From: an uncultured Neptunicoccus sp.
GTDB lineage: Bacteria > Pseudomonadota > Alphaproteobacteria > Rhodobacterales > Rhodobacteraceae
Length of the DNA: 34,957 nt
Assembly (NCBI GenBank): GCA_964599255.1
Contig: CAZRFT010000229.1
Location: 1 to 34,957, forward strand
Direction: 5' to 3'
Below are positions 18,011 to 28,698 of this stretch, piece by piece. The translations under genes were made by a program, and so were the position numbers. Positions within the stretch are counted from its first letter, which is position 1; each line of letters starts with the position of its first letter. The notes under the pieces were generated by a model, which worked only from the letters and a program-made list of their open reading frames with translations, ran no database searches and was not told where the DNA came from.

Positions 18011-19005
18011 GCCGCGATGCCTTAAAGCGAGAGTTTTTGCACAACGCAGGGTGGGGGGACGCGAGCTGCAATGCGATGGGAAGCGATGCCTCAAAGCGTA
18101 GCTACGATCGGGTCACGAGGGAATCTCAAACTGCAATTCTGATGAACGCACCATTTGAGGCTGGAGAAGACATTGGTCCTTTTGTCAAAGTCACACAGAT
18201 ATTGCGCAAATTTGGCTACTCGGCGCCAAACTTATTGGCACAGGATGATGAAAATGGGTTTTTGTTGCTGGAAGATTTGGGCGATGCATTGTTTGCCAAG
18301 TTGGCGCCTGTATCTTCAGCATTCGAACGGCAGATTTATGAAAGCGCAATAGACCTTTTACTTGATATGCATCGGCATGGGGCGGAAGGCTTAGCGCCGT
18401 ATGATGTTCCCGTGTATAGAAGGGAGGCTTCGCTCTTCACCGATTGGTACATTCCACATGCCACAGGGGAGGAGCTTCCGACTGAGGCGCGGGAACAATT
18501 CCTATCGCTTGTCGAAAGCGAAATGCCAATCCCTCCCATTCCCGTCATCACCTTGCGAGACTTTCATGCAGAAAATTTGATCTGGATCGAAGATCGGCAA
18601 GGGATCGCGAGGGTGGGTCTGCTAGACTACCAAGATGCTTTGGCTGGGCACCCAGCCTATGATCTTGTCTCTTTGTTAGAGGACGCACGACGCGATACAT
18701 CCAAGGCACTGCAAAATGAAATGCTGGACTACTACATTAATAAATCAGGAGTATCATCAGCGCCCTTTCTGAAATGTTATTCTGCACTTGGTGCGCAAAG
18801 AAACCTAAAGATAGTTGGCATCTTCACGCGGCTTTGTTGTCGAGACGGGAAAGAGTTTTATCCAACCTTAATCCCGCGTGTTTGGAAGCATTTGATGAAT
18901 GACCTTTCACATCCAGATCTTTCAGTGTTGAAACACTGGGTCGAAGAGAATGCGCCAGAACCAGACGAAGAAATCATAGAAAGGATTTGCAAGAACCGTG
19001 CTTGA
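18007..19005 (+). CDS. amgK: APH-family phosphotransferase, MurNAc/GlcNAc anomeric kinase
   Basis: DASKRSYDR, LLLEDLGD, LRDFHAENL, LLDYQDA; tsaE-amgK-murU synteny. Confidence 0.85.
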   Translation: MSRDALKREFLHNAGWGDASCNAMGSDASKRSYDRVTRESQTAILMNAPFEAGEDIGPFVKVTQILRKFGYSAPNLLAQDDENGFLLLEDLGDALFAKLAPVSSAFERQIYESAIDLLLDMHRHGAEGLAPYDVPVYRREASLFTDWYIPHATGEELPTEAREQFLSLVESEMPIPPIPVITLRDFHAENLIWIEDRQGIARVGLLDYQDALAGHPAYDLVSLLEDARRDTSKALQNEMLDYYINKSGVSSAPFLKCYSALGAQRNLKIVGIFTRLCCRDGKEFYPTLIPRVWKHLMNDLSHPDLSVLKHWVEENAPEPDEEIIERICKNRA

Positions 19006-19690
19006 AACAGCAATGATATTTGGCGCAGGTTTTGGCACGCGCATGGGTGCGTTAACTAAGGAGCGTCCAAAACCCATGATAGAGGTCGCTGGCAAACCAT
19101 TGATTGATCACGCGCTTGGATTTTTGCGCGCAGGTGGCGTAAAAAGAATTGTGGTAAATACCCATTACAAAGCGGAGATGTTAGAGGCGCATCTTGCCAG
19201 CCATGCGGATGTTGTAACCATCCGCGAAATGCCTGATATTTTAGAAACAGGCGGCGGTTTACGCAACGCGCTACCCCTCTTGGGAAAGAGACCAATTTTG
19301 ACATTGAATGCCGATATTATTTGGTATGGACTAAATCCAATTGAAGCGATGCGAGGGCAATGGGATGCGGGCGCAATGGATGCGTTGCTGCTTGTTCTTC
19401 CTGTGGCAAAAGCAATCGGATATTCAGGTGACGGCGATTTTAAACTACATAAAAACAATAGGTTATCGCGCGCAACAGATGCGGACTATGTATATTCTGG
19501 CCTGCAGATCATCAATCCGGTTGGAATACAAGAGATCAAAGAAAAATCGTTTTCTATCAACAAATTATGGGACGTAGGGATATCCAAGGGTCGCGTAAGC
19601 GGCCTTAAATATTCTGAAGGTTGGCTTGATGTAGGAAAACAGGAAAACATTGCAGAAGCAGAGGCGATCCTAGCAGGTGATCATGACTAA
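18998..19690 (+). CDS. murU: Nucleotidyltransferase, MurNAc-alpha-1-P uridylyltransferase
   Basis: GAGFGTRM..PKPMI, VNTHY, LETGGG, WLDVG; GTG start; follows amgK. Confidence 0.85.
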   Translation: MLETAMIFGAGFGTRMGALTKERPKPMIEVAGKPLIDHALGFLRAGGVKRIVVNTHYKAEMLEAHLASHADVVTIREMPDILETGGGLRNALPLLGKRPILTLNADIIWYGLNPIEAMRGQWDAGAMDALLLVLPVAKAIGYSGDGDFKLHKNNRLSRATDADYVYSGLQIINPVGIQEIKEKSFSINKLWDVGISKGRVSGLKYSEGWLDVGKQENIAEAEAILAGDHD

Positions 19691-22616
19691 AGGCTCGGTA
19701 TTCTCCTTACCCTTGGGTGCGGATTTCGCGCGGTCTTTCGTTGAAGGGTTTCTTGATCGGGTCACCGATCCAATGGACCGGGCAGCCTGCCATATTTTTG
19801 TGAATACCGAGCGGACAAAGCGCCGAATGATAGAGCTTTTCGCAGAATTCGGACCTGGACTTCTGCCTCAAATTCATACGCTTAGCCACTTGGCAAATGA
19901 TCCTCTGCACTTATGCGGGTTTAATTCGGCGTCTGCGAATTTGAGTGATCGACTAGAACTGGCACGGCTTATTCGAGGGTTGCTCGCAGCCAAACCGGAG
20001 CTCGCGCCTGCGGCCACTGTCTACGAATTGGCCGATAGTCTTTATGCGTTGATGGATGAAGCACACGGCGAGAGGGTAGCTCTTGCTAATCTTGCGGAGT
20101 TGGAGATCGGAGAACATGCCGCGCAATGGGAGATCACCAAAGAGTTTCTGGCTATCTTTGCAGAATATGAAAAGATGATCGATCTTTCGACGCCCGCAAA
20201 GCAAACACATGCCGTCTTGGATGTGTATGAGGAAATTTGGAATGATCAACCAACCCCTACGAGAATATTCATTGTGGGTTCAACGGGATCTCGGGGTCAA
20301 TCGCTTCGGTTTATGAAACTTGTGCGGGAACTTCCAAATGGGGTCGTTGTTCTGCCGGGCGTCGATCCGAATATTGATGAAGTTGAACATCATTTTTCAG
20401 ATACATCCCCTAAACTCGATCACCCACAAGGGGTGCTTTTGAAAACGATGCGCGAATTAGGCGTGTCGATAGCCACACTGAATTCGTGGGAACCAGCAGA
20501 GAAACCGAAGCGGAATGATTTGCTTTCACTTGCGCTTGTCCCTGCGCCTGTCACAGATCGATGGCTGGTTGAGGCTCCAAAACATCTTGAAAACCTTGAT
20601 GCAGCAACGGCAGGGTTAGCCTTGCTTGAAGCAGAAGATGTCCATAGCGAAGCGACCGCAATCGCGGCTGCACTTCGCGAAGCAGTGGAGGCAGGCAAAT
20701 CAACGGCGCTGATTACGCCAAATCGAATACTTGCGCGACGGGTGTCTACCCAGCTTCTGCGCTGGGGGATTATTGCCGACGATTCCGCAGGTCAGCCGCT
20801 GCATCTTTCGCCAGAGGGAATTTTGATACGCATGATCGCAGATGGATTTGGGAAGCCCCTAACGCCCAATCTTTTGTTGAATGTATTAAGCCACGCCTTG
20901 ACCCATCAAGGTGAAGCCAGGCAGGGGATGCGGTCGGAACATGCTCTTCTTCTTCAGGAATTTGACATCCAATTCCTACGCCAACCCATTCAAGAATTTG
21001 ATTTGGCACAAGCAGATGCTTGGGCGAAGAGAAAAGGGGCATTTGCGGATAAATGGCTGACATGGGTGAAAGCTTGTTTTGTTGAACCAAAAACCATTCA
21101 ACAGGCGAGCATTGCTGATTGGTCTGATCATCTTACGAAGTTGACCAGTAAAATCTCTGCTGGCTCGCATTCGGATAAAACAGATTATTGGCAATCTGAT
21201 GCGGGCGGGATGATTGGCGACAAGCTCGCGCAGCTTTTGCACGTAACTGACGACACATTGATCTCGGCTTTTGAGTTTTCTCGCTTGTTGGCAAATATAT
21301 TGCAAGAAGAAGTACCGACCGAACCCAGTCTGGTTCATCCAAACGTCGCAATTTGGGGAACATTAGAAGCGCGCGTTCAAGGTGCGGATTTTGTTGTTTT
21401 AGGCGGGTTAAACGAAACAGTTTGGCCCGTTCAAGAAACACCAGATATTTGGCTAAGCCGCGAAATGCGATTGAAATTGGGTATGTTGCCACCCGAACGC
21501 CGCATTGGTCTGGCCGCACATGATTTCCAGCAAGCAGCTTTTGCACCAGAGGTCCTATTTACCCGAAGTTTGCGAGATGTGGATGCACAAACAACGCCAT
21601 CGCGTTGGCTACTACGACTCACCAATCTTCTGGCAGGCATTGATAAGGATGAAAAAGCGCTGAAAAAAATGAAACGGCGGGGACAAAAATTCAGCGACTA
21701 TGCCCGTCAAATTGAAGTCCCAAAAGAGGGCGAGCAGCAAGCGGGTGCCTTGCGCCCATCTCCAAAGCTACCGGATCGGAAGGCCTTGTCGAACCTATCT
21801 GTTACTGACGTTAAAACCTTGATTAAAAATCCCTATGCAATCTATGCCAAGCGTGCTTTGGGGTTGAAAAAACTTGATCCCGTTGGGCGGGATGAAGATG
21901 CACGGGATCGCGGGACCATGCTCCATTCCGTGGTAGAGGAATTTACGCGTAAAGATAACGATTGGACTGAGACTGATCTTAAATTGGATGGCGCGAAGGA
22001 TCGATTTCTTGAAACTCTTGATGAGGTGCTGTCGGGGCATCCAGCATCTGCATCAAACAAATCGCTCTGGCGATCAGCGGTTTTGCGGGTTGTCGATTGG
22101 TTCTTGGAAGGGGAAGTTGCACGCCGAAAATCCGGAACCAATGTCGGCCTAGAGGCGAAAGGTGAATACACCTATCCAGAATTGGGCATCACCCTGCGAA
22201 CGGTCGTGGACCGAATTGATCAAAGCCCGACCGGCTATCGGATTTATGATTACAAGGCAGGAAAAGCCCCAAAGGAAAAAGATATCACGCGCGGGGACAA
22301 ACAGCTGTCACTCATGGCGTTGATTTTGCGGGCGGGCGGTGTCGATGAAATCGCAAGGGGTGACATCGACCATCTGGAATTTATTGGTTTCCACAGAGAA
22401 GAAAAAACCACTGTTGAACCAGGGGTAAGCAACGACGACCTTGATACCGTCGAAAAAGAGCTTTTGAGCCTTTTGGGACATTACGCCAGAGGCGGTGGTT
22501 TTGTAGCGCGCGACCGCCCAGAAGAGGATCCATTCTATCCTTCCGAGTATGATCACTTGGCGCGATTTAGCGAATGGACGGATGCTGACGACCCAGTGGA
22601 GATTGATCTGACATGA
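19683..22616 (+). CDS. addB: Double-strand break repair protein AddB
   Basis: VGSTGS, DDSAGQPL, IWGTLEARVQ, RRIGLAAHDF, nuclease DRID..DYK, C-terminal YDHLAR..EW of alphaproteobacterial AddB. Confidence 0.95.
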   Translation: MTKGSVFSLPLGADFARSFVEGFLDRVTDPMDRAACHIFVNTERTKRRMIELFAEFGPGLLPQIHTLSHLANDPLHLCGFNSASANLSDRLELARLIRGLLAAKPELAPAATVYELADSLYALMDEAHGERVALANLAELEIGEHAAQWEITKEFLAIFAEYEKMIDLSTPAKQTHAVLDVYEEIWNDQPTPTRIFIVGSTGSRGQSLRFMKLVRELPNGVVVLPGVDPNIDEVEHHFSDTSPKLDHPQGVLLKTMRELGVSIATLNSWEPAEKPKRNDLLSLALVPAPVTDRWLVEAPKHLENLDAATAGLALLEAEDVHSEATAIAAALREAVEAGKSTALITPNRILARRVSTQLLRWGIIADDSAGQPLHLSPEGILIRMIADGFGKPLTPNLLLNVLSHALTHQGEARQGMRSEHALLLQEFDIQFLRQPIQEFDLAQADAWAKRKGAFADKWLTWVKACFVEPKTIQQASIADWSDHLTKLTSKISAGSHSDKTDYWQSDAGGMIGDKLAQLLHVTDDTLISAFEFSRLLANILQEEVPTEPSLVHPNVAIWGTLEARVQGADFVVLGGLNETVWPVQETPDIWLSREMRLKLGMLPPERRIGLAAHDFQQAAFAPEVLFTRSLRDVDAQTTPSRWLLRLTNLLAGIDKDEKALKKMKRRGQKFSDYARQIEVPKEGEQQAGALRPSPKLPDRKALSNLSVTDVKTLIKNPYAIYAKRALGLKKLDPVGRDEDARDRGTMLHSVVEEFTRKDNDWTETDLKLDGAKDRFLETLDEVLSGHPASASNKSLWRSAVLRVVDWFLEGEVARRKSGTNVGLEAKGEYTYPELGITLRTVVDRIDQSPTGYRIYDYKAGKAPKEKDITRGDKQLSLMALILRAGGVDEIARGDIDHLEFIGFHREEKTTVEPGVSNDDLDTVEKELLSLLGHYARGGGFVARDRPEEDPFYPSEYDHLARFSEWTDADDPVEIDLT

Positions 22617-25600
22617 CAGAAAATTCCGCCTTCAAATCAGCCGTAGCAGCCCAAATCAAAGCGGCTGATCCAAAAGCCAATAGTTGGATTTCTGCCAATG
22701 CAGGATCGGGAAAAACCCGCGTTCTGACCAATCGCGTGGCTCGGCTTTTGCTGCATGACACAGAGCCCCAAAAGATTTTGTGTCTGACCTATACAAAGGC
22801 GGCAGCAGGAGAGATGCAAAACCGTCTGTTTGCGCAGCTTGGACATTGGTCAATGTTGGATGATGACGCGCTTTGCAAACAGCTTGAAGAAATGGGTGAA
22901 GTTGGCGAAGCGTTATCCTCTGAAGCTCTAACTCAGGCACGGCGCTTGTTCGCACAAGCCCTTGAAACCCCGGGCGGCTTGAAGATTCAAACCATCCACG
23001 CCTTTTGCGATGCGATCCTCAGACGCTTTTCAATTGAGGCCGGAATATCACCAAATTTTACTGTTCTAGAGGACAGCGAGGCGCGAGAGTTGCGACGCCA
23101 AATTGTCGACCGCCTTGCCGTAGAAGATGCAGAAAACTTCAATGATCTAGCAACCCATTTGACGGATGGTGATTTGGATCGTCTGACCCAAGCGATCCTT
23201 TCCCGACGCGATGCGTTTTCAATTGCGCCTGATCCAGATAAATTTGGCTGCGATCCAGAACGGTTGAATCAGCTCTCAAAAGAGGCCGCAACAAGCCCCG
23301 TTTTAACCGAGCTGGCGGGACTTTTTGCAACGGGGGGCAAGCGCGAAAAGGCCAAAGCACCGGAGTTGAAGGCAGCAGTTGAAACAAAAGATCAATTCGA
23401 TCGTTCCTCTAAACTGTCAGAGATATTCATTAAACGTGATGGGTTTGAGGCGCATTCTTGGTACCCTGCTGTGGGGACGATAAACGCGAATGTTCATCTG
23501 CAAGACGATATTGAAAAGCTTCGCGCGACTCTGGCTGCCCGCAAAAAACTGGTTTTGGCACGGGAAAGCTACCAAAGAAGTTTGGTACTGCACGGTTTCG
23601 CCAACCGCTTCATCGCAGAATTTGAAAGGGCAAAGTCTGATCGTACCGCCTTGGATTATGACGACCTAATTCGCAAAACCTGTGCCTTGTTGGAAAAATC
23701 AGAAATGGCGGAATGGGTTCTTTTCCGCTTGGACGGCGGGATTGAACAAATCCTCGTGGATGAAGCGCAAGACACATCGCCAGCACAATGGCAGGTGATT
23801 GATCGCCTTAGATCGGAATTTAGCGCGGGAATAGGCCAAGGGGACAAGAAACGAACAATCTTTGTCGTCGGGGATGAGAAGCAATCTATTTATTCTTTTC
23901 AGGGCGCGGACGCCGAAATTTTTGATGCGAAGCGTCTGCACCTACAAGCAGAACTCGAAGGGCAAGAGGATCGGTTAAACGAGACGCCCCTTGATTTTTC
24001 GTTCCGCTCCGCACCTGCAATTTTAGATTTGGTTGATCGGGTTTTTGAAGGCGCGGCCGGATCTGGCTTCGCAAAAGCGCCCAAACATTTCTCACCCTCG
24101 CCTAACAAATTTGGTCAGGTCGAGCTTTGGCCCTTTTATGAAAAAGCGGACGGGGTTGAGCATCCTGCATGGTTTGAACCTGTCGCCTCGGCTCAGGCAG
24201 AAAAACATGAGCGCATCTTGGCGCGCGATATCGCGCAATATGTTGAAAAGCGCCTTCGGGACGGCAGCGCCAAGGCGGGGGATTTTCTGATCCTGTTTCG
24301 ATCCCGTGGGAAACTTTTTCATGAAATTCTGAAGGCGTTGAAAGATGCCCAACTGCCTGTGTCGGGTGCGGATCGGCTGAAAGTGGGCCAGCATATTGCC
24401 GTCAAAGATATCTTGTCACTTTTGAAGTTCGCAGCCCAACCAGATGATGATCTGTCTTTGGCAGAATGCTTGAAATCGCCGCTTTGTGGATGGGATGAGC
24501 ACACGCTTTACTATCTGTCTGTTGGTCGCGGGAAAAAGCCGCTCTATCAAGTATTGCGTGAAAATGACAATCACGCAAAGGTCGTTGAGTTCCTTCAAGA
24601 TATTCGAGGGCACGTTGATCGGCTTCGGCCTTTTGAGTTGATCGAGCGGGTCTTAGTCCATCACCGCGGATTTCAAAAGTTGACTGGTCGGTTGGGCGCT
24701 GAAACTAGGGACGCTTTGCAAGCTCTGCTAGATCAAAGCTTGCACTATGAAACTGTCGAGGCCCCAACGCTGACGGGTTTTCTGAATTGGTTTGAAAAAA
24801 ATGAAGTGGAAGTAAAACGCCAATTTCCAGAAGAAGCGGACCAAATTAACCTGATGACAATCCACGGCGCAAAAGGCTTAGAGCGGCGCATCGTCATTTT
24901 ACCAGATACGCATGAGCCAGGCCAAAATAGCTTTAATCGCCCAAGACTGGCACAAGCAAATGGTCAAATTCTGTGGCGGACGAGCAAAGAGCAAGCAAGT
25001 CCCATACAGCTTGAAGCTGATGAAGAGGCAAAAAAGCGAGCGCGAGAAGAGGCGATGCGGGTGCTTTACGTTGCCCTGACAAGAGCTGAACATGAACTGA
25101 TCATTGCCGGTGCAGGTGCACGTCACAAGGATGAGGCAGACTGGTATGGGTTGCTTTCGCATGCCATGTCAGATTTGGGTGGTGAAGAGGTTGATGGACG
25201 TTGGATCTATAAATCTGGTTCAGAGGCTGAAACGGAAGTAGCCGAGAAATCTGCGCCCCCAGAACGCCTGCCAGATTTTTTTAACCTGAATGCACCCCGC
25301 CCAGAAAACCGTAAATCCACCCTATCCCCATCAAAACTCGGGGGAGAAAAAGCGATTTCAAGTCATGAGGGAGATGTTGAGGGAGACCCAATGATGCGAG
25401 GGTCGTTCATCCATTTCACCCTTGAGCTTCTTGGAAAGGGTGTAGTTGAAGAGATGGCCGTGCAGAAAGCACGCCATGCATTCCCAAAGCTCATCGAAAC
25501 AGAAGCGTTGGAGGAGCGCGCTAAGGAAGTCTTTGACACCCACCGTCAGATTTTCGACCAAGGCTTGTCAGAAGTGACTTTAACTGCCCCATCTCAAAAG

Positions 25601-25876
25601 CATGGTCGCAATATTTTGGGGGATATTGATCGGCTTGTTGTGGAAGATAGAAAAGTCACAGCAGTTGATTTTAAATCCAACCAGATTGTTCCCGAGCGGG
25701 CAGAGGATGTTCCATCGGGAATATTGGCGCAAATGGGCGCCTATCTTCACGCGCTTAAGCAAGTGTTCCAAGGCTTTGAAATTGAAATCGCTGTGCTTTG
25801 GACAGAAGAAAACCGATATATGTCAATTCCGCACAATTTCGCGATTGAGGCCTTTGAAAACACGGCCGCTTCTTGA
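22613..25876 (+). CDS. addA: Double-strand break repair helicase-nuclease AddA
   Basis: ANAGSGKT, CLTYTKAAA.EM, LVDEAQD, VGDEKQSIYSFQGA, MTIHGAKGLE, LYVALTRA, GDIDRL..DFKSN. Confidence 0.97.
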   Translation: MTENSAFKSAVAAQIKAADPKANSWISANAGSGKTRVLTNRVARLLLHDTEPQKILCLTYTKAAAGEMQNRLFAQLGHWSMLDDDALCKQLEEMGEVGEALSSEALTQARRLFAQALETPGGLKIQTIHAFCDAILRRFSIEAGISPNFTVLEDSEARELRRQIVDRLAVEDAENFNDLATHLTDGDLDRLTQAILSRRDAFSIAPDPDKFGCDPERLNQLSKEAATSPVLTELAGLFATGGKREKAKAPELKAAVETKDQFDRSSKLSEIFIKRDGFEAHSWYPAVGTINANVHLQDDIEKLRATLAARKKLVLARESYQRSLVLHGFANRFIAEFERAKSDRTALDYDDLIRKTCALLEKSEMAEWVLFRLDGGIEQILVDEAQDTSPAQWQVIDRLRSEFSAGIGQGDKKRTIFVVGDEKQSIYSFQGADAEIFDAKRLHLQAELEGQEDRLNETPLDFSFRSAPAILDLVDRVFEGAAGSGFAKAPKHFSPSPNKFGQVELWPFYEKADGVEHPAWFEPVASAQAEKHERILARDIAQYVEKRLRDGSAKAGDFLILFRSRGKLFHEILKALKDAQLPVSGADRLKVGQHIAVKDILSLLKFAAQPDDDLSLAECLKSPLCGWDEHTLYYLSVGRGKKPLYQVLRENDNHAKVVEFLQDIRGHVDRLRPFELIERVLVHHRGFQKLTGRLGAETRDALQALLDQSLHYETVEAPTLTGFLNWFEKNEVEVKRQFPEEADQINLMTIHGAKGLERRIVILPDTHEPGQNSFNRPRLAQANGQILWRTSKEQASPIQLEADEEAKKRAREEAMRVLYVALTRAEHELIIAGAGARHKDEADWYGLLSHAMSDLGGEEVDGRWIYKSGSEAETEVAEKSAPPERLPDFFNLNAPRPENRKSTLSPSKLGGEKAISSHEGDVEGDPMMRGSFIHFTLELLGKGVVEEMAVQKARHAFPKLIETEALEERAKEVFDTHRQIFDQGLSEVTLTAPSQKHGRNILGDIDRLVVEDRKVTAVDFKSNQIVPERAEDVPSGILAQMGAYLHALKQVFQGFEIEIAVLWTEENRYMSIPHNFAIEAFENTAAS

Positions 25877-25900
25877 CCAATTGCGGTGCTGCTCCTAGGT
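25872..25900 (+). promoter_or_regulatory. RpoH-type promoter for trxA
   Basis: CTTG-N18-CCTAGGT, overlapping the addA stop. Confidence 0.55.
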
Positions 25901-25931
25901 TCATCCCACGAGCAAACCAAGAGAGGCGTAA

Positions 25932-26252
25932 ATGGCAACTGTTGCGGTAACAGATGATACTTTTGAAGCGGAAGTAACGAATTCGGACGTCCCGGTCGTT
26001 GTAGATTTTTGGGCAGAATGGTGTGGCCCCTGTAAACAGATCGGTCCATCCCTTGAAGAGCTGTCAGATGAATATGATGGCAAAGTGAAAATCGTTAAGG
26101 TGAATGTGGATGAAAATCCCAACTCGCCGGCACAAATGGGTGTGCGCGGAATTCCAGCACTCTTCTTATTCAAAGATGGAGAGGTTGTATCCAACAAAAC
26201 CGGTGCAGCACCAAAAGCGGCATTGGCGGATTGGATTAATTCAAGCCTATAA
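25932..26252 (+). CDS. trxA: Thioredoxin
   Basis: [17 protein letters not shown], 106 aa; SD GAGAGG. Confidence 0.98.
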   Translation: MATVAVTDDTFEAEVTNSDVPVVVDFWAEWCGPCKQIGPSLEELSDEYDGKVKIVKVNVDENPNSPAQMGVRGIPALFLFKDGEVVSNKTGAAPKAALADWINSSL

Positions 26253-26272
26253 GCTTCAAGCTTACTAAAATG

Positions 26273-26299
26273 AAAAGGCCTCGCTTTTGCGAGGCCTTT
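26273..26299. terminator. Intrinsic terminator between convergent trxA and glpK, likely bidirectional
   Basis: A-AAAGGCCTCGC-TTTT-GCGAGGCCTTT: perfect 11-bp stem with A/T ends. Confidence 0.85.
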
Positions 26300-26315
26300 A
26301 CGCTTTCTGCCTGCT

Positions 26316-26333
26316 GGCGCGCGGGTGCGCGCC
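26316..26333. repeat. GC-rich REP-like hairpin
   Basis: GGCGCGC-GGGT-GCGCGCC; shares 10-mers with 34728-34737 and 34853-34862. Confidence 0.5.
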
Positions 26334-26362
26334 CTTGGCGGTGACGCATTGTGGCAAGAAAT

Positions 26363-27820
26363 TTAGCCTAGTAGCGATTGGACAGATTTCTTCCACCCGT
26401 CATATTTTTTATCTCTATTGGTACCATCCAAATTCGGCTCGAATTGTTTTTCCAATGCCCATCCTCTTGCGTATTCTTCAGGGCTTGGCTGGAGGCCGAG
26501 TTGTAGACCCGCCAAATACGCTGCCCCTTTCGCGGTGGTTTCAGTGACTTCTGGCCGATCTACAGTTGTGCCCAAAATATCTGCGAGGGTTTGCATCACC
26601 AAATCGCTGACCACCATGCCGCCATCCACACGCAGTTTTGTGTCAGAGATGTCGCCCATATCCGCCTTCATTGCTTCCAACAGATCGCGGGTTTGATAGG
26701 CAACGGATTCAATCGCTGCCTTTGCAATTTCATTTGGACCAGTGCCGCGTGTCAGACCAAAAATTGCACCGCGTGCATCCGCGCGCCAGTAAGGTGCGCC
26801 AAGGCCAGTAAAGGCGGGCACAAAATAAACATCTTCGTCTGGGTTGGCTTGTTCGGCAAGCGCGTTTACCTCTGGCGCTGCTTCGATCATTTTCAACCCA
26901 TCGCGCAACCATTGAACAACCGCACCAGCGATAAAGATCGCGCCCTCCAACGCGTAAGTGGGCTTGCCATCGATTTGATAAGCAATGGTTGTCAGCAGCT
27001 TGTTTTTAGACGCCACAAATTCATCGCCTGTATTAAACAGCGCGAAGCATCCCGTGCCATAAGTGGACTTCAACATACCAGGTTCAAAACATGCTTGTCC
27101 CACCGTTGCGGCTTGCTGGTCACCTGCAACGCCTGCAATGGGCATGGATGCACCAAACTTTTCTGTTGTGCCGAAATCGGCGGCAGAATCTTTCACCTCT
27201 GGCAACATGTTTTCTGGAATACCAAAGAGGGTCAGCAGCTCTGCGTCCCATTCCCCCTTGCGAATATCATAGAGCATTGTGCGGGCCGCATTTGTAGCAT
27301 CTGTTGCATGCATCGCGCCGCCCGTTAGATGCCAGATCAGGAAACTGTCGATTGTGCCGAAAGCAAGCTTTCCAGCTTCAGCATCTGCGCGCGCGCCATC
27401 AACATTGTCCAATAACCATTTTACTTTTGTAGCAGAGAAATAAGGATCGAGGACCAAGCCCGTTGTTTCTGTGATCCGCGTCTCCCATTCATCCCGAATA
27501 CTGTCGCAATAATCGGTTGTCCGACGATCCTGCCAAACGATCGCGTTGTGTATCGCCTCCCCCGTGTCACGATTCCAGATCACCGTGGTTTCGCGTTGAT
27601 TGGTGATGCCAATGCCTGCGACCGCATCGCTTCCAATTGCTTCGCGGCAGACTTTCCAAGTCGTCTCTAAAATCTCTTTTGGATTATGTTCGACCCAGCC
27701 TGGTTTTGGGAAAATCTGTTCGAATTCCATCTGCCCAGTTCGAACGGGGGTCAAAGATTCGTCGAATAGAATGGCTCTGCTGGATGTGGTGCCTTGGTCA
27801 ATCGCAAGGATATTGGTCAA
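26363..27820 (-). CDS. glpK: Glycerol kinase
   Basis: [63 protein letters not shown]; TTG start with SD GGGAG. Confidence 0.97.
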   Translation of the reverse strand: MTNILAIDQGTTSSRAILFDESLTPVRTGQMEFEQIFPKPGWVEHNPKEILETTWKVCREAIGSDAVAGIGITNQRETTVIWNRDTGEAIHNAIVWQDRRTTDYCDSIRDEWETRITETTGLVLDPYFSATKVKWLLDNVDGARADAEAGKLAFGTIDSFLIWHLTGGAMHATDATNAARTMLYDIRKGEWDAELLTLFGIPENMLPEVKDSAADFGTTEKFGASMPIAGVAGDQQAATVGQACFEPGMLKSTYGTGCFALFNTGDEFVASKNKLLTTIAYQIDGKPTYALEGAIFIAGAVVQWLRDGLKMIEAAPEVNALAEQANPDEDVYFVPAFTGLGAPYWRADARGAIFGLTRGTGPNEIAKAAIESVAYQTRDLLEAMKADMGDISDTKLRVDGGMVVSDLVMQTLADILGTTVDRPEVTETTAKGAAYLAGLQLGLQPSPEEYARGWALEKQFEPNLDGTNRDKKYDGWKKSVQSLLG

Positions 27821-27842
27821 CTTAAAACTCCCGCTTGGGGGA

Positions 27843-28691
27843 TTAAAAATCGAGCCCCAAATCCAAATTTGTCACCGTATGAGTTAACGCGCCCACGGAG
27901 ATATAATCAACCCCAGTAGCGGCAACAGAGGCAATGCGATCAAGCGTCATGCCGCCAGAGGCTTCCACAACCATCGCGCCGCCCACCATTTCGACCCCGC
28001 GTTTGAGTTGATCATTATCCATATTGTCCAACAACACGACATCCGCGATGCCAATAGACAGGACCTCTTCAAGCTGATTGAGCGTATCGACCTCTATTTC
28101 AATGCGCCGCATATGAGAGGCGTAGACCTTGGCCGCTTCCAAAACTTCGCGGATGCCACCAGCGGCAGCAATATGGTTGTCCTTGATCATAATCGCATCA
28201 TTCAAACCAAAGCGATGGTTTGATCCCCCGCCATGACGCACAGCTTCTTTCTCAACCAAACGCAAGCCTGGCGTGGTCTTGCGTGTACATGTCACCCGCG
28301 CTTTTGTGCCTTTGGTTTCTGCAACATAGGCAGCGGTCATCGTTGCGATACCAGATAAACGCCCAGCAAAATTCAAAGCAACGCGTTCCCCCATCAAGAT
28401 CGATTTTGCGTCGCCTTCGATTTCCATCAAAACATCTTTGGGTTTGCAGGCCTCGCCGTCGCCAATATGCGTTGTGACCTTTAGATCTGGGTTCACTGTG
28501 TGAAAGGCGATTCGCGCAATTTGCATGCCAGAAACGATACCGGGATCACGAGCATTTAACTTCGCGTGATAGGTCGTCCCGTCGGGAATGACGGCGCGGC
28601 TTGTCACATCACCAGCACCGCCTAAATCTTCGTCCAGCGCACGTTCGATCATGTCTTTCAAAAGGAAATCAGGCATGGGGCTATGGGTCAT
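27843..28691 (-). CDS. nadC: Nicotinate-nucleotide pyrophosphorylase (quinolinate phosphoribosyltransferase)
   Basis: [49 protein letters not shown]; start moved to ATG 28691. Confidence 0.97.
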   Translation of the reverse strand: MTHSPMPDFLLKDMIERALDEDLGGAGDVTSRAVIPDGTTYHAKLNARDPGIVSGMQIARIAFHTVNPDLKVTTHIGDGEACKPKDVLMEIEGDAKSILMGERVALNFAGRLSGIATMTAAYVAETKGTKARVTCTRKTTPGLRLVEKEAVRHGGGSNHRFGLNDAIMIKDNHIAAAGGIREVLEAAKVYASHMRRIEIEVDTLNQLEEVLSIGIADVVLLDNMDNDQLKRGVEMVGGAMVVEASGGMTLDRIASVAATGVDYISVGALTHTVTNLDLGLDF

Positions 28692-28698
28692 GTGGCTC

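Noticed and set aside
26591-27328. 245-aa antisense ORF to glpK, and the many other short antisense/overlapping ORFs in the track
   Set aside because: Shadow frames of conserved genes with no motifs or translation signals
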